Assembly (NCBI GenBank): GCA_049294275.1 | Contig: JBAQCQ010000076.1 | Location: forward strand, 3,066 to 67,065 | DNA length: 64,000 nt | Direction of reading: 5' to 3' | Source: Bacteroidales bacterium | Lineage (GTDB): Bacteria > Bacteroidota > Bacteroidia > Bacteroidales > VadinHA17 | Shown: one piece after another, positions 47,023-56,213 of the stretch | Numbering within the stretch: the first letter of the stretch is position 1 | Layout of the letters: each line of letters opens with the position of its first letter | Notes under the pieces: model-generated | Seen by the model: only the letters and a program-made list of their open reading frames with translations | Told to the model about the DNA's origin: nothing | Database searches by the model: none | Program-made: the position numbers and the translations under genes

Positions 47023-47856
47023 TCATGGGAGTGGCACAGGTGATTTCAATGCATATGCACTGATTATCATGATTATTCCAAACAGGATCATTCCAATGGC
47101 AAACCAGAATCGAATCGGGCCGTCAAGATGGTCCAGCCTGGCGTCTTTTATAACTTTAGGGCCGATCAGGGCTCCTGCAATTGTGCCTGCAGTAAGAAAT
47201 GCAACCAGGGTGAGGTCGATGTTTCCTACGAGAAAGTGTGCACCGAGGGCTGAAGCCGTGTTAACCATAACCACAAGAAGGGATGTTCCGATCACCACTT
47301 TTACCGGCTTTCGCATCGCGAATAATCCTGCCTGCACCGGTGTTGCACCAGTGGCTCCTGATGTTGAGGTTATCAGTCCTGCCAGGAAGCCGTACGATGT
47401 CCCTTTGGCAATCCTTTGCAGCTTTGTCTCTTCAAACCTCTCAACGCCGTTGGCCTTATCTCTTTTCTCCCTTTGTATACCCCTTAGAACAACCAGTGAC
47501 AGGATGACGGAGTACAGTCCATAGAGGGTTATTAGCTGCTGGTGCGTTATGAGGCTTGTAAATGATGCTCCTCCCAGGGCACCCAGGATGCCGCCTGCTG
47601 ACATCAGGAGCCCAAGACGGAGATCAACCAGACCTTTGCGGTAACAGCTTATTGATCCTATCAGGCAGATCGGCATTGTTGCTGCAAGGGAAGTGGTAAT
47701 AGCGACATGTGCAGGCACTCTGAACAGAAACACAAGAACCGGGATAAAGAAAAAGCCACCGCCACCCCCGCCGATCAGGGTACTTATCAGCCCCACCAGA
47801 AATCCGATAAGGGGCAGCCAGAGATAGGCATTTTCAAATGAGGAGTGAAAAATCAT
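47023..47856 (-). CDS. TauE/SafE-family sulfite/anion exporter
   Basis: 277 aa, polytopic. LIGGGGGGFFFIPVLVFLF and a second GxxGG-type repeat half. Confidence 0.75.
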   Translation of the reverse strand: MIFHSSFENAYLWLPLIGFLVGLISTLIGGGGGGFFFIPVLVFLFRVPAHVAITTSLAATMPICLIGSISCYRKGLVDLRLGLLMSAGGILGALGGASFTSLITHQQLITLYGLYSVILSLVVLRGIQREKRDKANGVERFEETKLQRIAKGTSYGFLAGLITSTSGATGATPVQAGLFAMRKPVKVVIGTSLLVVMVNTASALGAHFLVGNIDLTLVAFLTAGTIAGALIGPKVIKDARLDHLDGPIRFWFAIGMILFGIIMIISAYALKSPVPLP

Positions 47857-48446
47857 TCAGAAATCTTCTTACAGGCACTTCTCTCTTTGATCACCCAGTA
47901 CAGACCTTTTATGTCGGACCGCATTTCGGGTATCATCAGATTTATTATGATGCATTCAATGGCTCCCATGATGACCCACGCCACAACGAGGTAATAATAC
48001 GGGGTGATGAAGCCGATTGTGAAAAGACAGATGAAAAGGCCTCCCTCTATGTATCCGGCGGCTTTTGTTGTACAGAGATGGTAACTGGAGAATTTCCTGA
48101 ATTTTATAAGAGAAACAATGACAGTTGGCACCAGCATGGTGATCATCACGGTGAAGCTTAGAAGGTGTGGTCTGATTTCATCCATTTTGAAAACGAAGAT
48201 TCCGATGAAAGCAAGCACATATTTAAAGTTGTCGGTAAATCCGTCAAGCTTAGCGCCTGTCTCTGTCTCCTGCTTTAATCTGCGGGCCAGGAAACCGTCA
48301 AGAGCATCGGAAAGAAGGTTTATTATCAGGAAAACCGAGAACAGAATCTCCTTATCTGCAATAATAAAATAGATGATAACCGGATCGATCACCAGCCGGT
48401 ATAGGGTGATAATGTCGGGAATGGTTAATAATTCACTTTTTTTCAT
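47853..48446 (-). CDS. CDP-alcohol phosphatidyltransferase family protein (second copy)
   Basis: SDALDGFLARRLKQETETGAKLDGFTD is the full D-x2-DG-x2-AR-x8-G-x3-D-x3-D motif. Its stop overlaps the tauE-like start by 4 bp. Confidence 0.75.
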   Translation of the reverse strand: MKKSELLTIPDIITLYRLVIDPVIIYFIIADKEILFSVFLIINLLSDALDGFLARRLKQETETGAKLDGFTDNFKYVLAFIGIFVFKMDEIRPHLLSFTVMITMLVPTVIVSLIKFRKFSSYHLCTTKAAGYIEGGLFICLFTIGFITPYYYLVVAWVIMGAIECIIINLMIPEMRSDIKGLYWVIKERSACKKISE

Positions 48447-48630
48447 CAGAGAATTATTCTTTTTGAACCCTTTTCACTCGGTAACTGAATTATAATTCTG
48501 ACAAAGCTTAGGCAAATATGTAGAAAAATCTGATCTTGCTTTACAGGGTCCGGGAAATTAAGTAATTTTATATTGCACTTCCCGGAGGTTAAGGGATGCA
48601 ACGTCTAAAGCCGGAATAACCATAATCTGA

Positions 48631-49029
48631 ATGAAAAGACTGCTATTTCTGATATTAATGGTTCTGACCGTCTCCTGCAGTTCACTCAGGAAATCCTCCT
48701 CTGCAATAGGGGAGGACGAGCTCATCATAACCCGTAAATATGTCGGTGAATTCATTGAGCACCGCCAGACCGGTCCGGAGAACTATGACGGTCCAAATAT
48801 GATTTGGATAAAGACTTCAATGGAGAATATTTATGGCAAGATATCAGCTTACGGAAGAAAATGCGAGTTTGCCGAGGGTGACAGGTTGTACCTTAGAAGG
48901 ACTTTCTACAGTCCGGGGATTGTCTCAGGGTACTGGGTATATACAATAGAGAATGACGCTTCCGTCTCATACAGGGCAACTGACCTGCAGCATGACCGCG
49001 GTGTTTTCATAAAGACCTGGTTTGAGTGA
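48631..49029 (+). CDS. Hypothetical lipoprotein
   Basis: Lipobox LTVSC. No recognisable domain. Confidence 0.5.
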   Translation: MKRLLFLILMVLTVSCSSLRKSSSAIGEDELIITRKYVGEFIEHRQTGPENYDGPNMIWIKTSMENIYGKISAYGRKCEFAEGDRLYLRRTFYSPGIVSGYWVYTIENDASVSYRATDLQHDRGVFIKTWFE

Positions 49030-49055
49030 TTGTGCCCTCCGGGTAAAGTGTAAGT

Positions 49056-50369
49056 ATGAGAAGCATTATAGCCACGACCTTTCAGAAGTTTGACAGGGCC
49101 CAGAGCCTTGGCGGTATACTACTTTTCGGTGCAACAGTAGTTGCGTTGATTTTTGCCAATACTCAGCTGAGTGACCTTTACGAAAGAATCAGGGACACGG
49201 TTGTTGGCATAAATGCCGGTGATTTCAGCCTTAAAAAGCCACTGCTCCTGTGGATTAACGACGGCCTGATGGCCATCTTCTTTTTCATGATCGGACTTGA
49301 GATAAAAAGGGAGCTGATGATCGGTGAGCTTAACACACGCTCAAAGATGGCGCTGCCATTGATTGCTGCCGTGGGAGGAATGGCAGTCCCTATCGTTTTT
49401 TATCTTATCCTCAACAGCAACCCCCTGGCATCGCACGGCTGGGGGATTCCCATGGCCACGGACATTGCTTTTTCCCTTGCCATCCTTAAACTGCTTGGCA
49501 ACCGGGTGCCCGTGGGGCTGAAGGTTTTCCTGGCCGCTTTCGCGATCATTGATGATATCGGTGCCGTGCTGGTGATAGCGCTTTTCTACAGTTCATCAAT
49601 CGACTGGATGATGCTGGTATGGGCCGTAGTACCCATGGTCATACTGGTAGTGCTTAACCTGATGAACCGGTTCCCCAGGTATCTGCACATCCTTCTGGGG
49701 ATAATAATCTGGTATTGTTTTCTCAAGTCAGGCATTCACCCCACCATAGCGGGCGTGTTGCTGGCATTCACCGTACCCCTGAGGCAGAAGACTGATGTCA
49801 GGACATTTACCCGCAAACTGTGTGAGATTGCCGATGAGATCAGGGAAACCGATTCGGAGGAGACACCCCTTCTTACCACTGAACAGATAGAGCAGATTGA
49901 TGATATTGAGGAATGGGTGGAGGATGTACAGTCACCGTTGCAGCATATTGAGCATGTCCTTCAGAAATGGGTGGCCTGGCTGATAATGCCTCTGTTCGCA
50001 TTTTTCAATGCAGGTGTTGCCTTCACCACCGGAATACAGCCTGATGTTGCCCTGATATCAAACCTGGGACTGAGTCTTTTCCTCGGAAAGACCATAGGAG
50101 TGGCGCTCTTTTCATACGCGGGTGTAAGGATGAAAGTTGCCAGTCTCCCCCAGGGGGTGTCTTTCGGACAGATAATCGGTACCGCCATGCTTGCCGGGGT
50201 GGGTTTTACCATGTCAATGTTCATTGCCAACCTTGCATTCACCGGCGCTGAAACGCTGATGGATTCGGCCAAGATAGGGATTCTTGCCGGATCTCTTGTA
50301 TCAGGTACGGCCGGATACCTGGTACTGAGATATTACCGTCAGGGGAACAGTCAGATGATCAGCAGGTGA
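49056..50369 (+). CDS. nhaA: Na+/H+ antiporter NhaA
   Basis: WINDGLMAIFFFMIGLEIKRE, ATDIAF and IIDDIGAV are NhaA signatures. Confidence 0.9.
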   Translation: MRSIIATTFQKFDRAQSLGGILLFGATVVALIFANTQLSDLYERIRDTVVGINAGDFSLKKPLLLWINDGLMAIFFFMIGLEIKRELMIGELNTRSKMALPLIAAVGGMAVPIVFYLILNSNPLASHGWGIPMATDIAFSLAILKLLGNRVPVGLKVFLAAFAIIDDIGAVLVIALFYSSSIDWMMLVWAVVPMVILVVLNLMNRFPRYLHILLGIIIWYCFLKSGIHPTIAGVLLAFTVPLRQKTDVRTFTRKLCEIADEIRETDSEETPLLTTEQIEQIDDIEEWVEDVQSPLQHIEHVLQKWVAWLIMPLFAFFNAGVAFTTGIQPDVALISNLGLSLFLGKTIGVALFSYAGVRMKVASLPQGVSFGQIIGTAMLAGVGFTMSMFIANLAFTGAETLMDSAKIGILAGSLVSGTAGYLVLRYYRQGNSQMISR

Positions 50370-50932
50370 AAGATTCCCCGGACAGCAACACCGCACTCTA
50401 TTTCATTGCTCTTGTTCCTCACGGCTCCTTACGTGATGAAATCAGGGAGGTCAAGGAGCGGATGAGGGATCAGTTCAGGGCCGGGCACGCACTCAAATCG
50501 CCAGCTCACATCACGCTGCAAAGACCTTTTAAAAGGAATCCCGCCGAAGAGGGGAAGATGTGCAGCACTCTCCGAAGCTTTGCTCTGGGAGAAAAGCCTT
50601 TCACCGTGAATCTGAACGGTTACGGCGCCTTTGTTCCGAGAGTTATTTTCATAAAGATCGTGGACCCGGATCCGATAAGGTCCATACACAGGCGTCTCAG
50701 GGTAATTCTTGTTGCCGGACTGGATTTCAGCCGGGATGAGATAATGCATGATGTTCAGCCCCACATAACCGTGGCGACAAGAGACCTTACAAGGGAGGCA
50801 TTTGCAGAAGCATGGCCTCTGTTCATGGAGGAAGAATTCACCGGGCAGTTTGAGGTAAGCAGCATTTATCTGCTGAAGCATAATAACCGCGATTGGGATA
50901 TATTGGAAGAGTTTCCGTTCGGAGGCCGATGA
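50366..50932 (+). CDS. 2H phosphoesterase (2'-5' RNA ligase/LigT-like) family protein
   Basis: Two H-x-T motifs (HITLQRPF and HITVATRD). The GTG start overlaps the nhaA stop (GTGA). Confidence 0.7.
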   Translation: MKDSPDSNTALYFIALVPHGSLRDEIREVKERMRDQFRAGHALKSPAHITLQRPFKRNPAEEGKMCSTLRSFALGEKPFTVNLNGYGAFVPRVIFIKIVDPDPIRSIHRRLRVILVAGLDFSRDEIMHDVQPHITVATRDLTREAFAEAWPLFMEEEFTGQFEVSSIYLLKHNNRDWDILEEFPFGGR

Positions 50933-53811
50933 AACGCAGAGAATTCATATCAGGAGGTGCCGTTGCTGCTGCCGGATGGATGGCCACAGGCCGTCTGAAC
51001 ATTTATGCAGGCTCACCGGTGCCGGGTAAAACCATTGCGGGTAAAAGCGGGATTTATGAACTGTTCAGGAACCCCTCATCAGACTGCCGTCCTTTTGTAA
51101 GATGGTGGTGGAACGGCAACAAGGTGGAACCAGGCGAACTGGTAAGGGAGCTTCGGCTGCTCAGGGCAGCAGGGATAGGCGGGGTTGAGATCAACCCTGT
51201 GCAATTCCCCTTCCGTTTCCCGGGTGATGATCTCGGAAAACCCTCATTGGTTTGGCTCAGCAGGGAGTGGGTAAAAATGCTGCAGGTTGTATTTGACGAG
51301 GCAAAGACGCTGGGAATTACCTGCGATCTGATTGTCGGATCAGGATGGCCTTTCGGGTCAGAGGATATCAGTGAAGAGGAACGGTCACGAGTTGTGGTTG
51401 TTTTTATCAGAAAGATTTCCGGGCCCATTGACTTTTCGGTATCAAGGGATGAGATCCTTGCCGGGGCTGACCCTGCGGTAAGCTCGCCCTGGCCGGGACG
51501 AACAAGCAGACTGCTTTCACTGGTACTTGTTCCGGATCCCCTTGTCAAAGAAGATCAGATAATTGATTTCACTGACCGAACAGAGAGTGAATATATCAAT
51601 CTCTTCATTCCGGAGGGGAATCATGCATTTTATGCCCTTGTTGAGATCACGGGCTTCATGGAGGTTATCAACGGCTCACCAGGCGCAAGCGGGCCTGTGC
51701 TTGATCATTTCAGCGAAGCGGCAGTGAGGGAATATCTTGAGCGCATGTCTGTCGCCATTGAAGCCGGAACAGGGCCGCTCTGGAAACACCTCCGTGCTCT
51801 CTTCACCGATAGCATGGAGCTTGAGGGAGCCAACTGGACCCCGGACATGAGAAGCGAGTTCTTAAGGAGAAGAGGATATGACATCTTTCCGTTCCTTCCT
51901 TTTATCCTGTTCCGGACAGGTGCAATGGGCAATGTGACTGATCAGGTATATGGTGTCTCTTTCAGCCGTGATTTTGAGGAGATGACCCGGCGAATGAGGT
52001 ATGATTTCGAGACCACAAAGGCAGAGTTGCTGGAAGAGAGATTCCTCAAAACCTTTGCGGCCTGGTGCAGTGACCTGGGTGTCAGATCGCGGATGCAGGC
52101 ATACGGACGTGGTTTCTTCCCGCTGGAGAGCAGTATGGCTGTTGACATACCGGAGGGGGAGTCGTGGACTATGAACTGGCTTAAGCACCGGATCGGGGAG
52201 GAGATGCCCGAAAACGATTACCGGAGGGGAAGGGCCTATACGATGATAAACAAGTATGTCTCCTCAGCAGCTCATCTGAGTGGCAAAAGGCTAATCAGTT
52301 GCGAGGAGATGACTGACACATACACCGTCTTCAACACCTCCCTGGAAAACCTGAAGATCGGAAGCGACCAGAGCATAATATCAGGTATAACCCACTCCGT
52401 TTTCCACGGGTTCAACTATTCACCGCCGGATGCACCGTACCCTGGCTGGATAAGGTACGGGGCATGGTACAATGAGAAGAACAACTGGTGGCCGCATTTT
52501 CATCTCCTGAATGAATACAAGGGACGGCTCTCTGCATTGCTTCAGCAATGCGACATGTACGGAGACATTGCAATTCTGCCACCTGTTACTGACATGTGGA
52601 GTCTCATCGGCATGCAGAATGAACCTTTTCCTTCGGTATTGCATGCTGACTACCTCTCCCTGATCTGGGAGGCCATGGTCAAAAACGGCAACGGCTGCGA
52701 CTATGTTTCAGAACGGATTCTGAATGGCTCCGTGATTAAGGGCGGCTATATTCATTACGGCACCAGGAGGTACCATACCCTCTTTATGGTGCAGGTCGAA
52801 AGCCTTGACCCGGAGACAGCAGGGAAACTTCTTCAGTTCGTGCGTTCAGGAGGCCGGATCTTTTGCATTGAGACCATTCCGTCCAAATCCGCAGGCTGGT
52901 TTGACCACCAGAACCGGGACAGGGAAACGGCTGTCATAATTGAAAAGCTGAAAGCATATCCGCGCAGATTCATATTTCTTAAAAAGCCTGAAAAAGACTT
53001 CATATGGTGGTACAGAACAGTACAGGAACAGTACGGAATATTGCCATATCTCAGGATTGAACCCCCGGATCCATTTGTCATGCAGACCAGGTTCCGTGCT
53101 GATGACGGTTCGGAATTCATCTTTATCGTCAATTCTCATTTGCACGAATCGCGCAAAACAAGAGTCTTCTTCACAAAGGATGTTTCAGGAGGGAAGCGTT
53201 GTTCAGTATGGGATCCGGAGAGCGGAAAGCGCTTCAGGGCGAATCCTGACCCGGAAGGGGGTATCACTCTTGACCTCGGTCCGGCAGGCTCGCTGCTGTT
53301 TGTTTTTGACCATGAACATGTGAAGGAGGAGTGGCTCCCGCTGCCTGTGTCAGGCCCAGATACCCGTGTGATCACTGACGGCTGGAGGGCGGAATTCAGG
53401 CACTGCCGCGACGGCCTGGTGAAGGAGGTTATGATGGGCAGGCTGACAGACCTGAAGGAGATGGAGGATTTTGTCAATTTTTCAGGAACAGTCATTTACC
53501 ATAATTCATTCATTACTGAAAATCAGGGAGGCCTCGCCATCAATCTGGGAAAGGTTCATGGCACCAGCGAACTGAGAATAAACGGCATGAGTTGTGGTCT
53601 GAAATGGTATGGTCGCAGGATCTGGGACATCACGGAATTTATCAGAACAGGGGAGAATCTGATAGAGGTGGAGGTCACCACCTCCATGGGTAATTATATG
53701 AAATCGCTAACTGACAACCCGACGGCACAGTACTGGACGAACGAGGGCAGGAAGATCCAGCCCCTCCAGTCGATGGGCATGACCGGACCGGTCAGTTATT
53801 ATAAAATATGA
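50929..53811 (+). CDS. Large glycoside hydrolase, GH106-like (alpha-L-rhamnosidase-type) with a C-terminal jelly-roll
   Basis: Tat-like signal MKRREFISGGAVAAAG at ATG 50929 (ATGA overlap with the upstream stop; the ORF is open from 50893). FRNPSSDCRPFVRWWWNGN... is the N-terminal signature I associate with GH106-type enzymes. Confidence 0.55.
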   Translation: MKRREFISGGAVAAAGWMATGRLNIYAGSPVPGKTIAGKSGIYELFRNPSSDCRPFVRWWWNGNKVEPGELVRELRLLRAAGIGGVEINPVQFPFRFPGDDLGKPSLVWLSREWVKMLQVVFDEAKTLGITCDLIVGSGWPFGSEDISEEERSRVVVVFIRKISGPIDFSVSRDEILAGADPAVSSPWPGRTSRLLSLVLVPDPLVKEDQIIDFTDRTESEYINLFIPEGNHAFYALVEITGFMEVINGSPGASGPVLDHFSEAAVREYLERMSVAIEAGTGPLWKHLRALFTDSMELEGANWTPDMRSEFLRRRGYDIFPFLPFILFRTGAMGNVTDQVYGVSFSRDFEEMTRRMRYDFETTKAELLEERFLKTFAAWCSDLGVRSRMQAYGRGFFPLESSMAVDIPEGESWTMNWLKHRIGEEMPENDYRRGRAYTMINKYVSSAAHLSGKRLISCEEMTDTYTVFNTSLENLKIGSDQSIISGITHSVFHGFNYSPPDAPYPGWIRYGAWYNEKNNWWPHFHLLNEYKGRLSALLQQCDMYGDIAILPPVTDMWSLIGMQNEPFPSVLHADYLSLIWEAMVKNGNGCDYVSERILNGSVIKGGYIHYGTRRYHTLFMVQVESLDPETAGKLLQFVRSGGRIFCIETIPSKSAGWFDHQNRDRETAVIIEKLKAYPRRFIFLKKPEKDFIWWYRTVQEQYGILPYLRIEPPDPFVMQTRFRADDGSEFIFIVNSHLHESRKTRVFFTKDVSGGKRCSVWDPESGKRFRANPDPEGGITLDLGPAGSLLFVFDHEHVKEEWLPLPVSGPDTRVITDGWRAEFRHCRDGLVKEVMMGRLTDLKEMEDFVNFSGTVIYHNSFITENQGGLAINLGKVHGTSELRINGMSCGLKWYGRRIWDITEFIRTGENLIEVEVTTSMGNYMKSLTDNPTAQYWTNEGRKIQPLQSMGMTGPVSYYKI

Positions 53812-53812
53812 C

Positions 53813-55285
53813 ATGAAGACCAGGACACTCTGTTTGACAATCATCCTTCTCGCGGCCCTGATGCAGCTGCAGGCAAAGGATTACAATGCATCGATGTTCG
53901 GTGTCAAGTCCAACGGCACTACATTGAATACCAGTTCAATACAGAAGGGAATAGACTATATAAGTGAAAACGGCGGCGGCCGGCTGGTCTTTTATGTTGG
54001 CAGGTATCTGACCGGAACCATCTATCTCAGGTCAAATGTTACCATACAGCTTGAGGAGGGGGCTATCCTTGTGGGGTCAGCCAACCCGTTTGACTATGAG
54101 ATGAACCATAACTGGACAGCGCTGATTTTTGCGCTTGACCAGGAGAATATCGGCATAACCGGAAAGGGGGTGATAGACGGGCAGGGGTTCCAGGTGGCAT
54201 ATAACCTGGTTGACATGATACACAAGGGTATAGTTAAGGATCCGCTGAAGTATGACCGGCCGCGCGAGACCATCAGGCCGCAGAACATCTATTTCAGGGG
54301 CTGCAAGAACATAGTAATTAAAGATATTATGCTGAAGGATCCCGGCAGCTGGAACCAGCAGTACGACCAGTGCCGTAACCTTGTCATCGACCACATCACC
54401 GTCGACAGCAAGTCGTACTGGAACAATGACGGGGTGGATATTGTCGACTGCGACAGCGTTGTTGTGTCAAACTCATATTTTGATGCGGCAGATGACGGTA
54501 TCTGCCTTAAATCGCACAGTGCCAGCTTCGTCTGCCAAAACGTGTACATTTACAACAATACTGTCCGCACCAGTGCCAACGGAATCAAGTTCGGCACGGT
54601 GGGTCACGGCGGGTTCCGCAATATCCGGATCGTCAAAAACCTGGTGTTTGACACCTACAGGTCGGCAATAACCTTTGCAGCCGTTGACGGGGGTTTCGTC
54701 CAAAACATCGTCGTCGACAGTCTCAGGTCAATCAATACCGGGAATGTCATTTTCCTCAGGATAGGAGAGAGGAGCGCCGGCAAAAAGGGCAGGATGGATG
54801 GCGTGACTATATCGAATGTTTATGCCGAGGTACCGGCCACCAAACCCGATGCCGGTTATAATTATGAAGGCCCCGTGGAGGATCTGCCGCGCAATATTTC
54901 GCCCTCGTCAATTGTGGGGATGCCTGACGCGATGATAGAAAACATCACGTTAAAGAACATTGAGATACACTACCCCGGAGGCGGAAATCCCAATTATGCA
55001 AAGGTGGGACTTGACGAACTCAGCAAGGTGCCTGAAATGGGGGCCAGTTATCCCGAGTTCTCAATGTTTAAGGAGCTTCCTGCATGGGGCTTTTACATAC
55101 GGCATGCAAAGGGTATCACCTTTGAGAATGTGAAGCTGGTAAGTGAGAAGAAGGATTACAGGACGGCAGTGGTGCTCGACGATGTTCAGGGGGCAACATT
55201 CATTAACCTTAAGGTCTCTGAACCCGGTGGCAGGAAGGGAATGATTTTCTCACATAATTCGACAGACATAAGAGAGGTAAAATAG
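53813..55285 (+). CDS. GH28 polygalacturonase-family glycoside hydrolase
   Basis: Signal peptide plus all four GH28 motifs: NNDGVD, DDGICLKS, GHGG and RIVK. Confidence 0.85.
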   Translation: MKTRTLCLTIILLAALMQLQAKDYNASMFGVKSNGTTLNTSSIQKGIDYISENGGGRLVFYVGRYLTGTIYLRSNVTIQLEEGAILVGSANPFDYEMNHNWTALIFALDQENIGITGKGVIDGQGFQVAYNLVDMIHKGIVKDPLKYDRPRETIRPQNIYFRGCKNIVIKDIMLKDPGSWNQQYDQCRNLVIDHITVDSKSYWNNDGVDIVDCDSVVVSNSYFDAADDGICLKSHSASFVCQNVYIYNNTVRTSANGIKFGTVGHGGFRNIRIVKNLVFDTYRSAITFAAVDGGFVQNIVVDSLRSINTGNVIFLRIGERSAGKKGRMDGVTISNVYAEVPATKPDAGYNYEGPVEDLPRNISPSSIVGMPDAMIENITLKNIEIHYPGGGNPNYAKVGLDELSKVPEMGASYPEFSMFKELPAWGFYIRHAKGITFENVKLVSEKKDYRTAVVLDDVQGATFINLKVSEPGGRKGMIFSHNSTDIREVK

Positions 55286-55397
55286 TACTTTCGGCAATAT
55301 TGTGTAACTCCTGACGATTGTGGTTTATTGATAGGGATTACTTTGAGTTTTGCCACCCGGGCGCAAGCTGCCAGGTTGAATACACCCCGCTGCCGAC

Positions 55398-56213
55398 ATG
55401 AGTGGAACTATTGAAGGTCATTTCACACCGCCTGAACCGGTTGATGCTCTGCCGGTTATTTTCATTCCCGGGCTGGCTTCCATCATTGATAATGTCAGGG
55501 AGACAGTCATTGAGCTCACAAGACATCACACTGTATTTTACCTGGAAACCAGGGAGAAAAAAAGTGCGGGGATAACCGGGAAGCACAGGTTTACCGTTGA
55601 AGATGTCACCGCTGATGTTGTCCGGTTTGCGGAGATGCGGTTTACCGGCGGTTCCGGGTATGTTTTGGCAGGCTATTCGCTGGGGTCAACGGCAATAGCT
55701 GAAGCCTTCCCCTTGCTGGAGAACAAGTCTGAGAAAGTTATTCTTATTGAGCCCAATAGCTCCTTTCTGTTTCAGTGATGGCTGCTCTTTCTTGCCAGGG
55801 CTGCCCGGGTGATTTATTACCCTGTCAAACCGTTTCTCAAATGGTACCTCAGGCATTTCCGGATCAATCTTGCAGAGGATTATGAGATGTACCGCATCAA
55901 CTGCAGTATTCTTGACTCGGACGAACCGGTGCGTACCGGCCGGGCCATCAGGGATCTGAGCGCCTGCCGGATGAGCGTATGCCTGAAGGAGATATCCGTC
56001 CCCGCGCTGGTGGTGGTTGTCTCAAAGGACAGGTTCCACAGCCATGAGGAGGGCAAGGAGATAGCACATCAGATAAAAGGTGCCCTTTACATTGACCTTA
56101 CCGACAACAAAAGGACCCACAGCACAGAGATAAACCGGATAATAATTGAATTTATTTCTTCTCCGGCACAAATACCATCTCAAGCAGGTCAGCCCTGGCA
56201 AGGTATTTCTTAA
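55398..56213 (+). pseudogene. Alpha/beta-hydrolase split by an in-frame TGA
   Basis: The two listed ORFs share one frame: ...EPNSSFLFQ-TGA(55776-55778)-WLLFLARAARVIYYPVKPF.... The nucleophile elbow GYSLGS is in the first half. The candidate Asp (VSKDRF) and His (KRTHS) are in the second half. Total length is 272 codons. Confidence 0.6.

Noticed and set aside
48549-48586. 8-bp inverted repeat TCCGGGAA-N22-TTCCCGGA in the divergent promoter region between 48446 and 48631, considered as an operator.
   Set aside because: It could be a regulator site, but a single short dyad with a long spacer in AT-rich DNA is within chance expectation. There is no supporting regulator gene nearby.
50893-50928. 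First 12 codons of the 972-aa ORF (MGYIGRVSVRRP).
   Set aside because: They overlap the end of the upstream 2H gene. The ATG at 50929 gives a Tat-like signal (MKRREFISGG) and an ATGA coupling overlap.
7055-55778. The idea that the in-frame TGAs (7055, 17444, 55776) reflect genetic-code reassignment (TGA as Trp or Gly) or selenocysteine.
   Set aside because: TGA clearly terminates many long, well-formed genes here, often in ATGA/GTGA coupling overlaps (for example 4035-4038, 7144, 47853-47856, 50366-50369, 50929-50932). A TAA, and possibly a TAG, also interrupt genes. None of the contexts resembles a Sec site and no SECIS-like hairpin was seen.
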